IMG/VR virus record: IMGVR_UViG_3300028045_000013
Span: 1,263 to 65,262 of that record
DNA from: a virus
Lineage: Duplodnaviria > Caudoviricetes
Reading direction: 5' to 3' (one strand)
Length of the DNA: 64,000 bases
The notes under the pieces were generated by a model, which ran no database searches, was not told the DNA's origin, and saw nothing but the letters and a program-made list of their open reading frames with translations. Made by a program: the position numbers and the translations under genes. Positions 9,723-20,348 of the stretch are shown here, in pieces (position 1 is the stretch's first letter; the number at the start of each line of letters is the position of its first letter).

Positions 9723-10126
9723 TGGCTACTCGTAGAACAACTATAGGACAGATGAGGGATGTAGTTGAATTCTTAAGTAGAGACACAGCTATATCTGGTG
9801 ATTATTCTGGAGAGGACACATATACTATAGAACTCTCCACTAGAGGACGTGTCAGGAGTATGGAAGGAAGTCAGTCTAGGAATGGGATAGGGATGTATGA
9901 TCTAGAAAGAACTAACACCCTTACTGTAAGAAGGAATACTAGGACTGAAGCTATTGATACTGAAAATTTTGTAAGGTGGCAGGATAAGGTATATGCAATT
10001 AAGAATGCAGAACCTATAGGAGTTACGTCGGATGATCCTAAGAAAAGATTCTTAAGGATGGAACTTACATTCTATGTAGATAGTGTAACAACCACATTTC
10101 GTGATCCTAGTCCTGAAGCATCGTAA
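9722..10126 (+). CDS. Head closure/stopper protein (SPP1 gp16-like)
   Basis: IG.MR..V.F at the N-terminus, W..KVY.I; synteny. Confidence 0.75.
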   Translation: MATRRTTIGQMRDVVEFLSRDTAISGDYSGEDTYTIELSTRGRVRSMEGSQSRNGIGMYDLERTNTLTVRRNTRTEAIDTENFVRWQDKVYAIKNAEPIGVTSDDPKKRFLRMELTFYVDSVTTTFRDPSPEAS

Positions 10127-10135
10127 GGAGTAGGT

Positions 10136-10591
10136 ATGTTAACAGTCAATATATCATTAGATAAAAAACAAGTAGGACTTTTGACAAAACGCCTACATCT
10201 ATTTCAAAGACGCTACATACCTAATATTATTAAGCAGACAGGAAAGGATATAGAGAAAGGAGCCAAAAGATCTATAAGAACTGGGGGACGTTCCGGGATT
10301 CATTGGCATAACTTGCGTTATAGATCTTCTGGAGATGGGGAAGTTCCAAGATCACAATCAGGAGCATTAGCACGTTCTATAAAGTCTAGATTTACCAAAA
10401 GTAAAAAACATGGTATAAATATGACTGTAGGAACTCCACTACCTTATGGAGAGTTTCTAGAGAAGGGAACTAAGGACAGAAGAGGGGGTAGAGGAAGGAT
10501 AACACCTAGACCTTGGTTAAAACCACAACTAGATAAACACGTCCCTCTAATGGCTAAAAGAATAGAACAATCATTACGGGAGAATTTATAA
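10136..10591 (+). CDS. HK97 gp10-like neck protein
   Basis: P.SQSGALARSI, YG.FLE.GT, PRPWLKP. Confidence 0.85.
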   Translation: MLTVNISLDKKQVGLLTKRLHLFQRRYIPNIIKQTGKDIEKGAKRSIRTGGRSGIHWHNLRYRSSGDGEVPRSQSGALARSIKSRFTKSKKHGINMTVGTPLPYGEFLEKGTKDRRGGRGRITPRPWLKPQLDKHVPLMAKRIEQSLRENL

Positions 10592-11283
10592 TGGTTAGAT
10601 TCACGAAGCCCAGTGATGTTATAGAACGCTTAAGGACAACAATAGCATTAGTGGAAGCAGCAGTTGGAATTCCTCCTGAAGGCAGTTTCCAAACAAGAGT
10701 ATTAGGAACAGGAAGAATAGAAGAAATAACAGAGTCTGAATTACAGAGACTTCCAAGACCATGTTTACTAGTTAGTTTAATGGATACGTCTACAGAAACA
10801 ACTAATACCTATCCTGTACATCAACATATTTTACATGGATTTGATATAGGACTTGTATTAGACACTAAGGATGCTAGACAACAGTATGCAGAAGAGAAGG
10901 TTCCTTATTTTAAGGAGATGCTAGTATATGCTTTAAATGGGTGGCTTCCTAGAGATTACCAAACTGATACAGGATTATCCCCTTTTAGATTTCTAGGAGA
11001 TATAGGGTTATTTTCTGACAAGTCCAGTTATGTACGTTTATTCTCTTTTGTACAGGATGCTCAATTCTCAGCATTACAGGATGGATTAGGAAGTACAGAA
11101 ACAGAATTGAATCTAGCAAACTTTGAATCTTTCTATGCAGATATGATTTATACTACATCTCAAACAGTCCCTAGTGTATGGGATGATACAGAAGTTTGGG
11201 ATGATGCTGATGACTGGGAAGATGAAGTTACTAGTGAAGTAGAACAGACAGTACAAATGCAAGCATTAGATTTACACGATTAA
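10591..11283 (+). CDS. Tail terminator/completion protein with acidic WDD-repeat extension
   Basis: Sits before the sheath; VIERLR and ALNGW.P motifs. Confidence 0.65.
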   Translation: MVRFTKPSDVIERLRTTIALVEAAVGIPPEGSFQTRVLGTGRIEEITESELQRLPRPCLLVSLMDTSTETTNTYPVHQHILHGFDIGLVLDTKDARQQYAEEKVPYFKEMLVYALNGWLPRDYQTDTGLSPFRFLGDIGLFSDKSSYVRLFSFVQDAQFSALQDGLGSTETELNLANFESFYADMIYTTSQTVPSVWDDTEVWDDADDWEDEVTSEVEQTVQMQALDLHD

Positions 11284-11303
11284 AACACACAAGGAGAACG
11301 CAA

Positions 11304-12887
11304 ATGAGTGATATAGGAATTGGATCAGGAGTACTCACGCCGGGATCTTACTTTGAGATTGATAAGTCTAGAGCAACAGACCCTTTTGCTGTAGATACTT
11401 TTAAGGTATGTATACTAGGGGAACATCAAACAGGAGCTGGCGGAACTACTCCTGAAACAGATATCCTTTTTCAAAGAGTAGCCTCTGTAGATGACGCTTT
11501 TCTAAAGTATGGCAATTCTCCTTCGTTTGAAATGTGCCGTTCTTTCTTTAGGAATTATAAAGTAGGAGTAAATGCAGAACTTTACTGTATCTCTAAACCT
11601 ACAGATGTATCAGGCGGAGTAATTAAAGGAATCTCTCCCAAACTACAACTTACTATTCCTAGTGACATGGTAGCTGGTACATTGAATGTAATCTCCAATG
11701 GAGAGGCTTACACAGTTTCTGTAGGAGCTAATGATCTTAATGATGATATTATTAATAGGATTGTTAGTGCAGTTAATGTACAGAGTTCGCTAGAACCTAC
11801 AGCTTCAGGTTCAGCACTAAGTCTAGTAGTAAACTGGAGTACTATAGAGAATGTATCAGAGGATCTAGCTTCAGAGCTTGATGCTGATAACCAACAGGTA
11901 ATGGTAGTAGTAGAAAGTTATGACAAAGGACCATTGATTGCAGCGGAAACAGCTGTAGGTGGTGGTTCTTATGGAACAGCTGCAAAACGCCAGCAAATCT
12001 ACCTAGAAGCTCCAGATTCTTCTACACCTACTGCAATTGACCTTGCAGACCATATCGCTGTTATTCCAGATGAAGTAATTAGTATTTTTATTAATCCTTA
12101 TGCTTCTACAGGAGACCTAACAAATTACAACCTTCTTAAAACAGAACTAGAAACTAGGTTTACTGCTACTGAACAACTAGAAGGAGTTCAGTTTGTTTCT
12201 GAGGATGGAACTACAGCTAATATCGACACTGCCCTTGATGGTTTCAATGAATTCCAAACGGTGATGTTAGATGCAGGTTATAATAGAGCTACACCACGTT
12301 ACTTGCAGATTGCAGCATTAGCAGGAGTAGTAGCTAGTACTGTTTATGCAGATCCTGTTATTCCTATGATGAATAAAACACTTAAGAGTGTCATTGCGGA
12401 ACCAGAACAATATAAACGTAAACAATTCCCTGATAGAAATGATATCCTAAAAGCAGGTGGAGCAGCAACGAAAGTTAACCGTAATACTGGTACTGTACAA
12501 ACAGAAAGTATAGTGACTACATATACTACAAATTCACAAGGATTACCAGATCAGAGTTATAGGTATTTGAATACTGTTTTGACAGCGTCTTATTTACGAC
12601 AATCCGCCCTACGTTTCATTAGAGTTAATTATGATAACTACAAACTAGGAGATGATCCTTATGAAGGTAAGGAAGGACAGAGAATTGTAACGCCATTGAT
12701 AATGAGGGCTTCTTTGCTAGCATGGTACAAAGAGTTACAGGATCTAGCCATTGTAGAGAATTATGCTGAGTTTGAAACTTCTCTTGTAGTAGTACGTAAC
12801 GGACAAGAACGTTTAGATGCAATAATTAATCCTGATCTAGTGAATCAGTTCCGTCTATTAGGTGGACGTATCTCGTTCCTACTTTAA
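11304..12887 (+). CDS. Contractile tail sheath protein (Mu gpL-like)
   Basis: TPGSYFEID.SRA, VTTY.TN.QG.PD.SY, RLDA.I.PDLVNQFR. Confidence 0.93.
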   Translation: MSDIGIGSGVLTPGSYFEIDKSRATDPFAVDTFKVCILGEHQTGAGGTTPETDILFQRVASVDDAFLKYGNSPSFEMCRSFFRNYKVGVNAELYCISKPTDVSGGVIKGISPKLQLTIPSDMVAGTLNVISNGEAYTVSVGANDLNDDIINRIVSAVNVQSSLEPTASGSALSLVVNWSTIENVSEDLASELDADNQQVMVVVESYDKGPLIAAETAVGGGSYGTAAKRQQIYLEAPDSSTPTAIDLADHIAVIPDEVISIFINPYASTGDLTNYNLLKTELETRFTATEQLEGVQFVSEDGTTANIDTALDGFNEFQTVMLDAGYNRATPRYLQIAALAGVVASTVYADPVIPMMNKTLKSVIAEPEQYKRKQFPDRNDILKAGGAATKVNRNTGTVQTESIVTTYTTNSQGLPDQSYRYLNTVLTASYLRQSALRFIRVNYDNYKLGDDPYEGKEGQRIVTPLIMRASLLAWYKELQDLAIVENYAEFETSLVVVRNGQERLDAIINPDLVNQFRLLGGRISFLL

Positions 12888-12917
12888 TTCATATAACAAT
12901 ATAATAGGAGAATACCA

Positions 12918-13274
12918 ATGGCTGATAGAGCTGGAGTAAGAGGGATCAGAATAGCAGGGCTTGACTATGATGTTAAAGCCTTAGCCGCTATTAGAGTTTC
13001 TAATAAAATGCGGGAACCTATTCTAGGAGTAGATGCATATCATGGGACAGCACTTAAACCGGCTGTCCCCGGAGCAGATGTAACCATTACAGATTCTAGT
13101 GGAATTAGTATACAAACATTACAAGATGTAGTAGGACAGGAAGTACAAATAAGTTTAGCTAATGGCAAGATTTATACATTAGTGGATGCTACAGCTACAG
13201 ACCAAATTCCTTTAAATCCTGAGAATGGAGAAATAGTAATTGTGTTTGCAGCTTCTTCCTGTTTGCAGTCATAA
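12918..13274 (+). CDS. Tail tube protein (Mu gpM-like)
   Basis: 118 aa after the sheath; RE...GVD..HG and LANGK.Y.L. Confidence 0.88.
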   Translation: MADRAGVRGIRIAGLDYDVKALAAIRVSNKMREPILGVDAYHGTALKPAVPGADVTITDSSGISIQTLQDVVGQEVQISLANGKIYTLVDATATDQIPLNPENGEIVIVFAASSCLQS

Positions 13275-13303
13275 GAAGAAGTAACTAAAAAGGACAAAAG
13301 GAA

Positions 13304-13564
13304 ATGAGCACAAATTCAATAGTATATACATTACAGATTCCCATTGATATGGGGGATAAAGAAGATATAACAGAACTGGTACTTACTAAACCAACACTAG
13401 AACGTTTAGAAAAGATTAAATCTACTACATCTTTTGGTCGTGTGGCTGAAATCTTGGAAGCTTGTTGTTTAGATACAAATAAGTTTGCGTTGAAGAGATT
13501 ACAGTATGACGATGTAAAAGAATTAGGGGATACGGTACTTCCTGATTTTTTGGGATTCGAGTAG
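13304..13564 (+). CDS. Tail assembly chaperone (short form)
   Basis: YTL..PI....ITELVL.KP pattern between tube and TMP; ends DFLGFE over a slippery site. Confidence 0.85.
   Translation: MSTNSIVYTLQIPIDMGDKEDITELVLTKPTLERLEKIKSTTSFGRVAEILEACCLDTNKFALKRLQYDDVKELGDTVLPDFLGFE
13546..13552 (+). other. Programmed -1 ribosomal frameshift site TTTTTTG
   Basis: GAT TTT TTG; the -1 frame has no stop from 13549 to 13842; same heptamer as phage P2 E/E'. Confidence 0.85.
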
Positions 13565-13842
13565 CAGCTTCATCTACACAAAGCTTATGGACTTTATTCT
13601 TACTACACAGAACTGTAGTAGGAGTAGAGTCCTTTATGTATATAGTAGATAAGTTAGCTGCTTACACCAGTCATTATAAGAAGGAGATGGATAATAGAGC
13701 AGCTTGGATAGCTCATAATTTCTCCTTTGGTTCTACAGAGATAATGAGAATGGATGAAGTCCAGTTATCCTACTGGATGGACCGTAGTCAGTATATCAAT
13801 AAAGAGATAGAACGCGATAGAGCACTTAGAGGTAGAGGCTAG
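13549..13842 (+). CDS. C-terminal part of the frameshifted tail chaperone (long form 13304..13842)
   Basis: Checked codon by codon into the track ORF 13636..13842; IA..F....EI.RM...L.YW resembles P2 GpE'. Confidence 0.8.
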   Translation, partial: FGIRVAASSTQSLWTLFLLHRTVVGVESFMYIVDKLAAYTSHYKKEMDNRAAWIAHNFSFGSTEIMRMDEVQLSYWMDRSQYINKEIERDRALRGRG

Positions 13843-13846
13843 TAAT

Positions 13847-15757
13847 ATGTCTGAATATGCCGTAAAGATAAAAATAGAAACAGAGCAAGATTTTGTCACT
13901 GAAGCAGAGAAGATCAATAACAAACTAGACAAGATGGATGAGAAGTTTAGTAGGTTTGGAAATAACACTGCGAAGATAGACAAGAATGTAGCTAGACTGT
14001 CTAAAGGATTATCTAGACTAGCTCTTGTGGTTTTACCATCTGTAGCATTAGGGTTAAGGAATGTAGTAACAGAAGGTGTAAAATTTGAACATGCCATTGC
14101 AGATTTAAGCGCATTAACAGGAATAGAAGGAAAAGGGTTAAAATCATTATCAGACCAATCAGAAAATCTTTCATTACAATTCGGTAGAACGGCAGATAGT
14201 ATAGCGGTAGGAATGAAACGTATCGCTTCCAATAGATCTCAACTTATAGGAGTTGCAGGTGCCATTGAAGAAGTAGCAGAAAAAGCCACTATACTATCTG
14301 TCGCTACCGGAATGCCATTACTTAGAAGTTCAGATGTTCTTACAGCTACGATGAATCAGTTTAATCTAGCTCATAAGGATGTAGATAGAGTAATGAATGC
14401 TTTTGCTCAAGGTGCTAAGTTAGGAGCATTTGAAGTAGATAGAGCGGCACAGGCATTCTCTAGATCAGGAGCAGCATTAAGACTAGCAGGCTTTTCATTC
14501 GAACAAGCTATGGCAGCAGTACAGGTAGGATCACAGTTGAACCTTACACCAGAAATGGTAGGAACACAAATGAAGACCATGATTCTACGTTTATCTTCAC
14601 AGGATAATGTATTCAACCCACAATTGATGGGAGTAAATAGAGCCTTAGAAAATATAAAACGTGCAAACCTTACTACTAGACAAGCCACAGCCTTATTTGG
14701 AATGGAATCTTTTCAGGTAGGAATGGCCCTTATAGAAAACCTAGATTTATTCAAAAGGTGGACCAAAGAAGTAACAGGAACTAATAAAGCATATGATCAA
14801 GCTAATACCATGATGATGACAATGGGCTTTAGGTTCTCATTACTAAAAACTAGATTACAGGATATAAAACGTGAATGGTTCTTTTCAGAAGGTGTATACA
14901 AAACACTATCTAGAATAGTAGATATAATGGATCACTTTTTGAAACAAGACACTATAATGGCTAGGTTCAATTGGGAACTAATAAAATTAACAGCAGGTTT
15001 AACAGCGTTCACATTAACTGTCTTTGGCCTTGTTAAATTAACTGGTGCTATAGGGATTGTGACAGGGGCTTTATTTGGAGCCAAGGGATTATTCACATTA
15101 CTAGCTGCTACTAAAATAGGGACATTCTTTGTAGGAATTGGAGCAACACTCAAAGCAGTAGTAGGAACCATAGCAGCTGGGATGGGGATGAGTGCAGTGG
15201 CACTTGGTGCTTCTCTAGCTTTTATTGGTGTTTCATTGATCGCTGGAATATCAGGAATCATACTTTCTTTTATAGAGACATGGGATTTATTATTTAATGC
15301 AGACACTATAGGAGGAGCTATAAGCATTTTCTTTAGATCTATAGGATTTGGGATAACTAAGGGAATGGGAATGGTCTTAAAGATAGTAGAACCACTGATT
15401 GATAAGATAGGTGGGATCTTTAAGAAAGACTGGGAGAAAGGAAACTTAGCTGATAGATTTAATCAATGGGCAGTAGATGGATATTTCACACCAGAGGAAC
15501 AAGCCCAGTTTACTTCTAAGACGAGAGACTTAAAAGCCAGTCTAGAAACTAGCTTCATAGCAGATCAAGGAATTGCTAAGCAAGTAGAAGATGGGACCTT
15601 GAAAGTAGAGTTTTCAGTAGATGCGAATGGAGCCCTTATTCCAAAAGCTGTAGAAGTTCCTAAAAATGTGAGGGTTCTAAATAGTGGTGGAACCGGGTTT
15701 AACTTTGGTAGTGGAATGTATCCAGTGTATCAAGCTCCTGCTTTTGTAGGTGGTTAG
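13847..15757 (+). CDS. Tape measure protein (TP901/PhageMin_Tail type)
   Basis: FEHAIADLSALTG, hydrophobic Gly/Ala-rich C-terminal half, synteny. Confidence 0.93.
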   Translation: MSEYAVKIKIETEQDFVTEAEKINNKLDKMDEKFSRFGNNTAKIDKNVARLSKGLSRLALVVLPSVALGLRNVVTEGVKFEHAIADLSALTGIEGKGLKSLSDQSENLSLQFGRTADSIAVGMKRIASNRSQLIGVAGAIEEVAEKATILSVATGMPLLRSSDVLTATMNQFNLAHKDVDRVMNAFAQGAKLGAFEVDRAAQAFSRSGAALRLAGFSFEQAMAAVQVGSQLNLTPEMVGTQMKTMILRLSSQDNVFNPQLMGVNRALENIKRANLTTRQATALFGMESFQVGMALIENLDLFKRWTKEVTGTNKAYDQANTMMMTMGFRFSLLKTRLQDIKREWFFSEGVYKTLSRIVDIMDHFLKQDTIMARFNWELIKLTAGLTAFTLTVFGLVKLTGAIGIVTGALFGAKGLFTLLAATKIGTFFVGIGATLKAVVGTIAAGMGMSAVALGASLAFIGVSLIAGISGIILSFIETWDLLFNADTIGGAISIFFRSIGFGITKGMGMVLKIVEPLIDKIGGIFKKDWEKGNLADRFNQWAVDGYFTPEEQAQFTSKTRDLKASLETSFIADQGIAKQVEDGTLKVEFSVDANGALIPKAVEVPKNVRVLNSGGTGFNFGSGMYPVYQAPAFVGG

Positions 15758-15775
15758 TAGAAGGAGTATAGAAAA

Positions 15776-17302
15776 ATGGCCTTACCGAGAATATTAACAG
15801 GGATAATAGCAGAAGCTTCTAAACCTGTAGATGAACGTGTTCTAGAAGCACTTCTAAGAAAGGAGTCTTCTTATGGCAGTGTTCCTTTTGGTGTAGCTCA
15901 TGCAACAATAGCATGTGGAAGGAAATTAAAAGTAGAGCAATACTTCCTACATAGAGATACTACAATATCTGGTTCTACAGGTATAATTTCTCAGGCAGCT
16001 GCGAATCTATCAAAAGAGGAACAGGACTTTTTAAAAAAGAAACTAGATGAAAGAAAGAAGAAGATAGCAGCTCAGAAAAAGAAGGTAGGGTTTAATACAC
16101 CAGATGGAGTATCAGATGAACTAGACCCCGGAGAGGATGTTCCTTCTATATTCGATCAAGGAGGAATTCCTAATAAAGTAACAGCCACTATATTCTTTGT
16201 AGATACTGTAGATACTGTAGCACACACTAGACAGTCCTATGCTTTTCATAGGGACGCATTCCTATCTAAAGTAAATTCAGGAGGAGCCCACTTACTAAAA
16301 CTCCCATCTTATAAACCCTTTCCAGCGATAGCAGGAGAATGTAATATAACATGGAGAAATACAGCAGGTGGAATTGAGTATGCTGAGGTTACATTTTTTA
16401 GAAGTACAAAAAACCCTAATCTACTTACTACAGATACTGCATCTAAAGCTACAGTAACTGACTTTTATGAAACACTAGCTAAAGATGTAGCAGAGAGTCA
16501 ACAAGAAATATTAGATGCTGTAGCTAATGATAGTGGAACAATACCTAATGATGCTTCTTCTAGTTTTATAGGAAATGTAATTGATAAGATTAGTGAATTT
16601 GCAGACAAAGTATCTCAGATCAAATCAGCCATCTTACTAAAAGCAGGGGCTATCACAGGAACCATAGATGCTGTAATACAAGATGTAGAGAATATAACAA
16701 ATGCAGTTTCTTCATTAATCCAATTGCCAGCAGATTTGGTAGGAAGTGTATTAAATAGTTATGCTTCGTTACTAGAGGCTATTGTAAGTCCTGTAGATGC
16801 TTTAAGAGATATGATTTCTAAGTTTAGTACTTTCTCTAGTACATTTGAAGGACTAACACAATCTGCTTTAGAGAGACTTAGATGGGACCAAAAAGATTGG
16901 TACTCTACTACTACCTCCCAATTACATATGAATGCTAGTTTTGGAGGGATGTTACAAGCAGCACAGGAAGTTCCATATGCTTCAGTAGAAGAAGCAGAAG
17001 AAGCATTAACCGAACTAGCAGATGCCTATGAAAAACTAAAGAGAGTTAGTAGTGCCTTTCCAGAATTCTCAGACTCTTTATATGCAGCTTCTAACATGTA
17101 TGACCAAGCACGTAGGTACATACTAGAACAAGTTGTGTTTTTACCAGATGTAAGGGAAATTAAGTTTGGTACAGCTAATCCACTTATAGTAACTGCTTAT
17201 GCTTTATATGGAGACATAGGTAGAGAAGAGGAATTAGCAACAAGGAATAATATCAAAAATAGATTAATTCCTCCTACAACTTTAGAGGTGTTAACAGAAT
17301 GA
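15776..17302 (+). CDS. Mu gpN-like DNA circularisation/tail tube initiator protein
   Basis: SSYGSVPF.V, L.LP, P..V.AY.LYGD..R..EL..RN.I.N. Confidence 0.85.
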   Translation: MALPRILTGIIAEASKPVDERVLEALLRKESSYGSVPFGVAHATIACGRKLKVEQYFLHRDTTISGSTGIISQAAANLSKEEQDFLKKKLDERKKKIAAQKKKVGFNTPDGVSDELDPGEDVPSIFDQGGIPNKVTATIFFVDTVDTVAHTRQSYAFHRDAFLSKVNSGGAHLLKLPSYKPFPAIAGECNITWRNTAGGIEYAEVTFFRSTKNPNLLTTDTASKATVTDFYETLAKDVAESQQEILDAVANDSGTIPNDASSSFIGNVIDKISEFADKVSQIKSAILLKAGAITGTIDAVIQDVENITNAVSSLIQLPADLVGSVLNSYASLLEAIVSPVDALRDMISKFSTFSSTFEGLTQSALERLRWDQKDWYSTTTSQLHMNASFGGMLQAAQEVPYASVEEAEEALTELADAYEKLKRVSSAFPEFSDSLYAASNMYDQARRYILEQVVFLPDVREIKFGTANPLIVTAYALYGDIGREEELATRNNIKNRLIPPTTLEVLTE

Positions 17303-18282
17303 AACTGGAAGTAGATAATAAAACACTGGAAACATTTCAAACACTTAGATTTGAAACTAGTATAGCAGCCTTGGTAGATATACTTATATTTACCACTGCT
17401 ATAATTTCTGAGATTAGAGTCAACGATGAAGTAGTACTTAGGAGTACAGGAGGTGTTTTATTATTTACTGGGAAAGTGGAGCATGTACAACCAATAGAGA
17501 ATAAAGCCACCTGGACTTGTAGAAGCACAACTGGAATTCTTACAACTTCTGCTCCTATTACTGAAACAGGAGAATTCAAACAACTTACTTCTAAAGCACT
17601 CATTCAGAGAATTTGTAGTCCTTTTGGAGTTACTGTAGAAGGTGAAGACGGAATTCAAATCCCAAAGTATAATATAGAACTAGACAGACCTTGTAGTGAA
17701 GCCATAGCAGAGATATGTAAGTTTTCAGGACTTATAACAACTCCTACACCTGAAGGCAATATAAAACTATTAAGGTATGGACCTGAACTTCCTAAGAAGG
17801 ATGAGGTAGAACTTTACTTAACAGGTAACAATGCTAGGTTTGAGTTCGAGTGTGATTCCACAAACCAAGGTTCTTCCTACAATGTACTAGGACAAGGTTC
17901 CTTTAATAGTGGGGATCTTACACAATTAGAAGGTCAGCAGGATGGGACCTATCCATTCACAAAAAGAATGACTAGGATTTCTGATATGCTTTCTTCTAGG
18001 TTTACAGTGAGGAAGGAAGTTGAGTGGTTACACAGAGCTGGAGAAGCTAGTGTAGAATCTTTAAGAGCTTCTATATTCCCAATGACACTAGTAGAGAAAG
18101 GGAAATATGTTAATATAGATTCCCAATGGTGTAGGATCTATGATGGTGTAAGACTCATTGAGAGAGTTTTGTATGTATTAGATAAAAGCGTAACACCAAG
18201 TGTAGATACAACAGTCTTAGGATTAGTACTACCTATTAAATATGGTGGGCCTACAGTACTGACTACAGGATGGTTAAAATGA
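17299..18282 (+). CDS. Baseplate hub (Mu gp44/P-like)
   Basis: LFTG.VE, ICSPFGV.V, TPEGNI.L; synteny. Confidence 0.8.
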   Translation: MKLEVDNKTLETFQTLRFETSIAALVDILIFTTAIISEIRVNDEVVLRSTGGVLLFTGKVEHVQPIENKATWTCRSTTGILTTSAPITETGEFKQLTSKALIQRICSPFGVTVEGEDGIQIPKYNIELDRPCSEAIAEICKFSGLITTPTPEGNIKLLRYGPELPKKDEVELYLTGNNARFEFECDSTNQGSSYNVLGQGSFNSGDLTQLEGQQDGTYPFTKRMTRISDMLSSRFTVRKEVEWLHRAGEASVESLRASIFPMTLVEKGKYVNIDSQWCRIYDGVRLIERVLYVLDKSVTPSVDTTVLGLVLPIKYGGPTVLTTGWLK

Positions 18283-18779
18283 AGAAGTTAAAGAATGCAG
18301 CAGCAAGATGTATTGTGAAGTTATTAAATAGTTCTGATGAGTTTTCATTTACATGCCTTAGTGGTGAAAACATTACTGGTGTAGAACATTTACAGGAATT
18401 TGGATTTGCTAGTAGAAAACCTAGTGATTCAGATGCTAATGGAATAGCTTTATTCTATGGAGGAGATAAAGGTAATGCTTCTTTATTAGTATTAGAAGTT
18501 CCTGCATTTAAACCAGACTTGGATGATGGGGAAGCTGCATTATTTAACGCCTTCTCTGCTATAGTTAAATTAGCATCTAATGGAAATGTAGAACTAAATG
18601 GAACTGGTAATTTAGGGTTAGTAAAAATAACTGAATTAACAGCTAAGTTGAATGCTCATATAACAGAGTATAATACTCATATGCATCCTACAGCTGCATT
18701 AGGATCTCCTTCAGTTCCTAGTGTACCGGGAACAGTATTTGTAGCCAGTGATTATGAAAACACAAAGGTGGTGCACTAA
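18279..18779 (+). CDS. Baseplate central spike (Mu gp45-like)
   Basis: VEHLQEFGFAS.P, L..GE.AL.N, C-terminal HxH metal tip (NTHMHP); ATGA overlap with the hub. Confidence 0.88.
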   Translation: MKKLKNAAARCIVKLLNSSDEFSFTCLSGENITGVEHLQEFGFASRKPSDSDANGIALFYGGDKGNASLLVLEVPAFKPDLDDGEAALFNAFSAIVKLASNGNVELNGTGNLGLVKITELTAKLNAHITEYNTHMHPTAALGSPSVPSVPGTVFVASDYENTKVVH

Positions 18780-19264
18780 TGCCCGGAGATATTTCTTTTA
18801 TACAGAGAGAAGGGGCTTCCTTCTGTGACATACTTATAGAGGATAATGATATTAGAAGAGGTGACACACTAGCTTCTGCTATAAGTATATTATTAATGAC
18901 AGACAGAAGAGTCACACTAGAAGAATTAGACGATGCTAATATGGATACTGATATTTTCCCAGCCGATAGAAAAGGATGGTGGGGGGATGCTCTCAGAGAA
19001 CAAAACATAGGATCTAAAATGTGGCTGTCCACTAGTAAGAAGAGAACGGACAAAACATTAAGGGAACATAGTGAATATGCAGATGAAGCATTACAACCAT
19101 TACTAGATTCAGGTGTAGTAAAGAAAGTGTTTGTTCTAGTAGAATGGACAGATGAAGCCAATGGTGTTATGGACATGCGTATTTTATGTGAACGTCCAGA
19201 CAATACAGCTACGACTGTAAGGTTCAATTTTATATGGAGTGAAATAGAGAGTAATGGCTTATAA
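18779..19264 (+). CDS. Baseplate protein Mu gp46-like
   Basis: L.TDRR, GWWGD, IGSK.WL, YA.EAL.PL...GV. Confidence 0.92.
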   Translation: MPGDISFIQREGASFCDILIEDNDIRRGDTLASAISILLMTDRRVTLEELDDANMDTDIFPADRKGWWGDALREQNIGSKMWLSTSKKRTDKTLREHSEYADEALQPLLDSGVVKKVFVLVEWTDEANGVMDMRILCERPDNTATTVRFNFIWSEIESNGL

Positions 19265-20339
19265 TAAATCAAGTATAGAAACTCTTACAGAAAGAGCCAA
19301 ACAGAGCCTTGCTGAAGAAATGAATTTAAATGCCGATCTTATAGAAGAAGGCTCACTGACACTTATAGTCTCAAAAGTACTAGGAGGTATGTTCTCAGAA
19401 CTGTATTCTACTGTAGAGTATAAAACGGATCAAGCCTTACCCAATAGAGCAGCTGAGGAAGGTTTACGAGAATGGGGATCAGTAAAGGATATAGACTATC
19501 TAACTTCTAGGGTGGCTACAGGAAGCATTGATGTTTTAGGAACTAATGGTTCTACTATAGCAGCAGGACTACAATTGACTTATACAGATGGAACTGAGTA
19601 TGAAGTTACTACACTAGCAACAATAGCAGGAGGAACAGCAAGTGTGGCTGTTACTTCTGTTACAGGTGGGGAAGATAAGAATAGAGAGAATGGGGATATC
19701 CTTACTTTCATTTCTACTCCAGCGGGAGTGGCTGACACTGGTGCTGTAGATTCTAGTGGATTAACTGGCGGGACTGATGCTTATACATTAGCAGAATATA
19801 AAGCCCGTCTACTAGATGAATTTGCTAAACCTGCTAGAGGAGGTAGTAAAGCGGACTACATTAGATGGACTCAAGAAGTCATAGCTGCTACAGAAGTATA
19901 CCCTTATAGCTTTGCTTCATGGCCAGCAGTGATAGCAGAAGGTGATGTGGAAATCTATTTTGTCATGTATGATGATGATCATGCTAACGGAATTCCTACA
20001 GCACCAGAAAGAGCAGCTGTATTAGCTTATATAGATGATGATCGTAAACCAGAAGGAATGGGAACATTAACAGTACCAGCTCTAACAGAACAAACAGTAG
20101 CAATGAGTATTAAATTAGAACCTAATAATGCAGATACTGAAGCAGCTGTAACATCTAATTTAGAAAAACTATTTCAAAGTACTGCTCCGGGAGACACACT
20201 GACTACAGGGAAGATCAACAGAGCTATAAGTGATGCCGAAGGTGTAGAAGACTTTGAGTTAACATCTACTGGAACGTTAGCAGCTACAGGTAGGGATTAC
20301 TTACTTACTGTAGGAGTTCTAACTATAACCACATTGTAG
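19254..20339 (+). CDS. Baseplate J / Mu gp47-like wedge protein
   Basis: ATG.I...GT.G..I.AG, GGTD, P.RGG...DY.RW..EV. Confidence 0.93.
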   Translation: MAYNKSSIETLTERAKQSLAEEMNLNADLIEEGSLTLIVSKVLGGMFSELYSTVEYKTDQALPNRAAEEGLREWGSVKDIDYLTSRVATGSIDVLGTNGSTIAAGLQLTYTDGTEYEVTTLATIAGGTASVAVTSVTGGEDKNRENGDILTFISTPAGVADTGAVDSSGLTGGTDAYTLAEYKARLLDEFAKPARGGSKADYIRWTQEVIAATEVYPYSFASWPAVIAEGDVEIYFVMYDDDHANGIPTAPERAAVLAYIDDDRKPEGMGTLTVPALTEQTVAMSIKLEPNNADTEAAVTSNLEKLFQSTAPGDTLTTGKINRAISDAEGVEDFELTSTGTLAATGRDYLLTVGVLTITTL

Positions 20340-20348
20340 GGAGTATTT

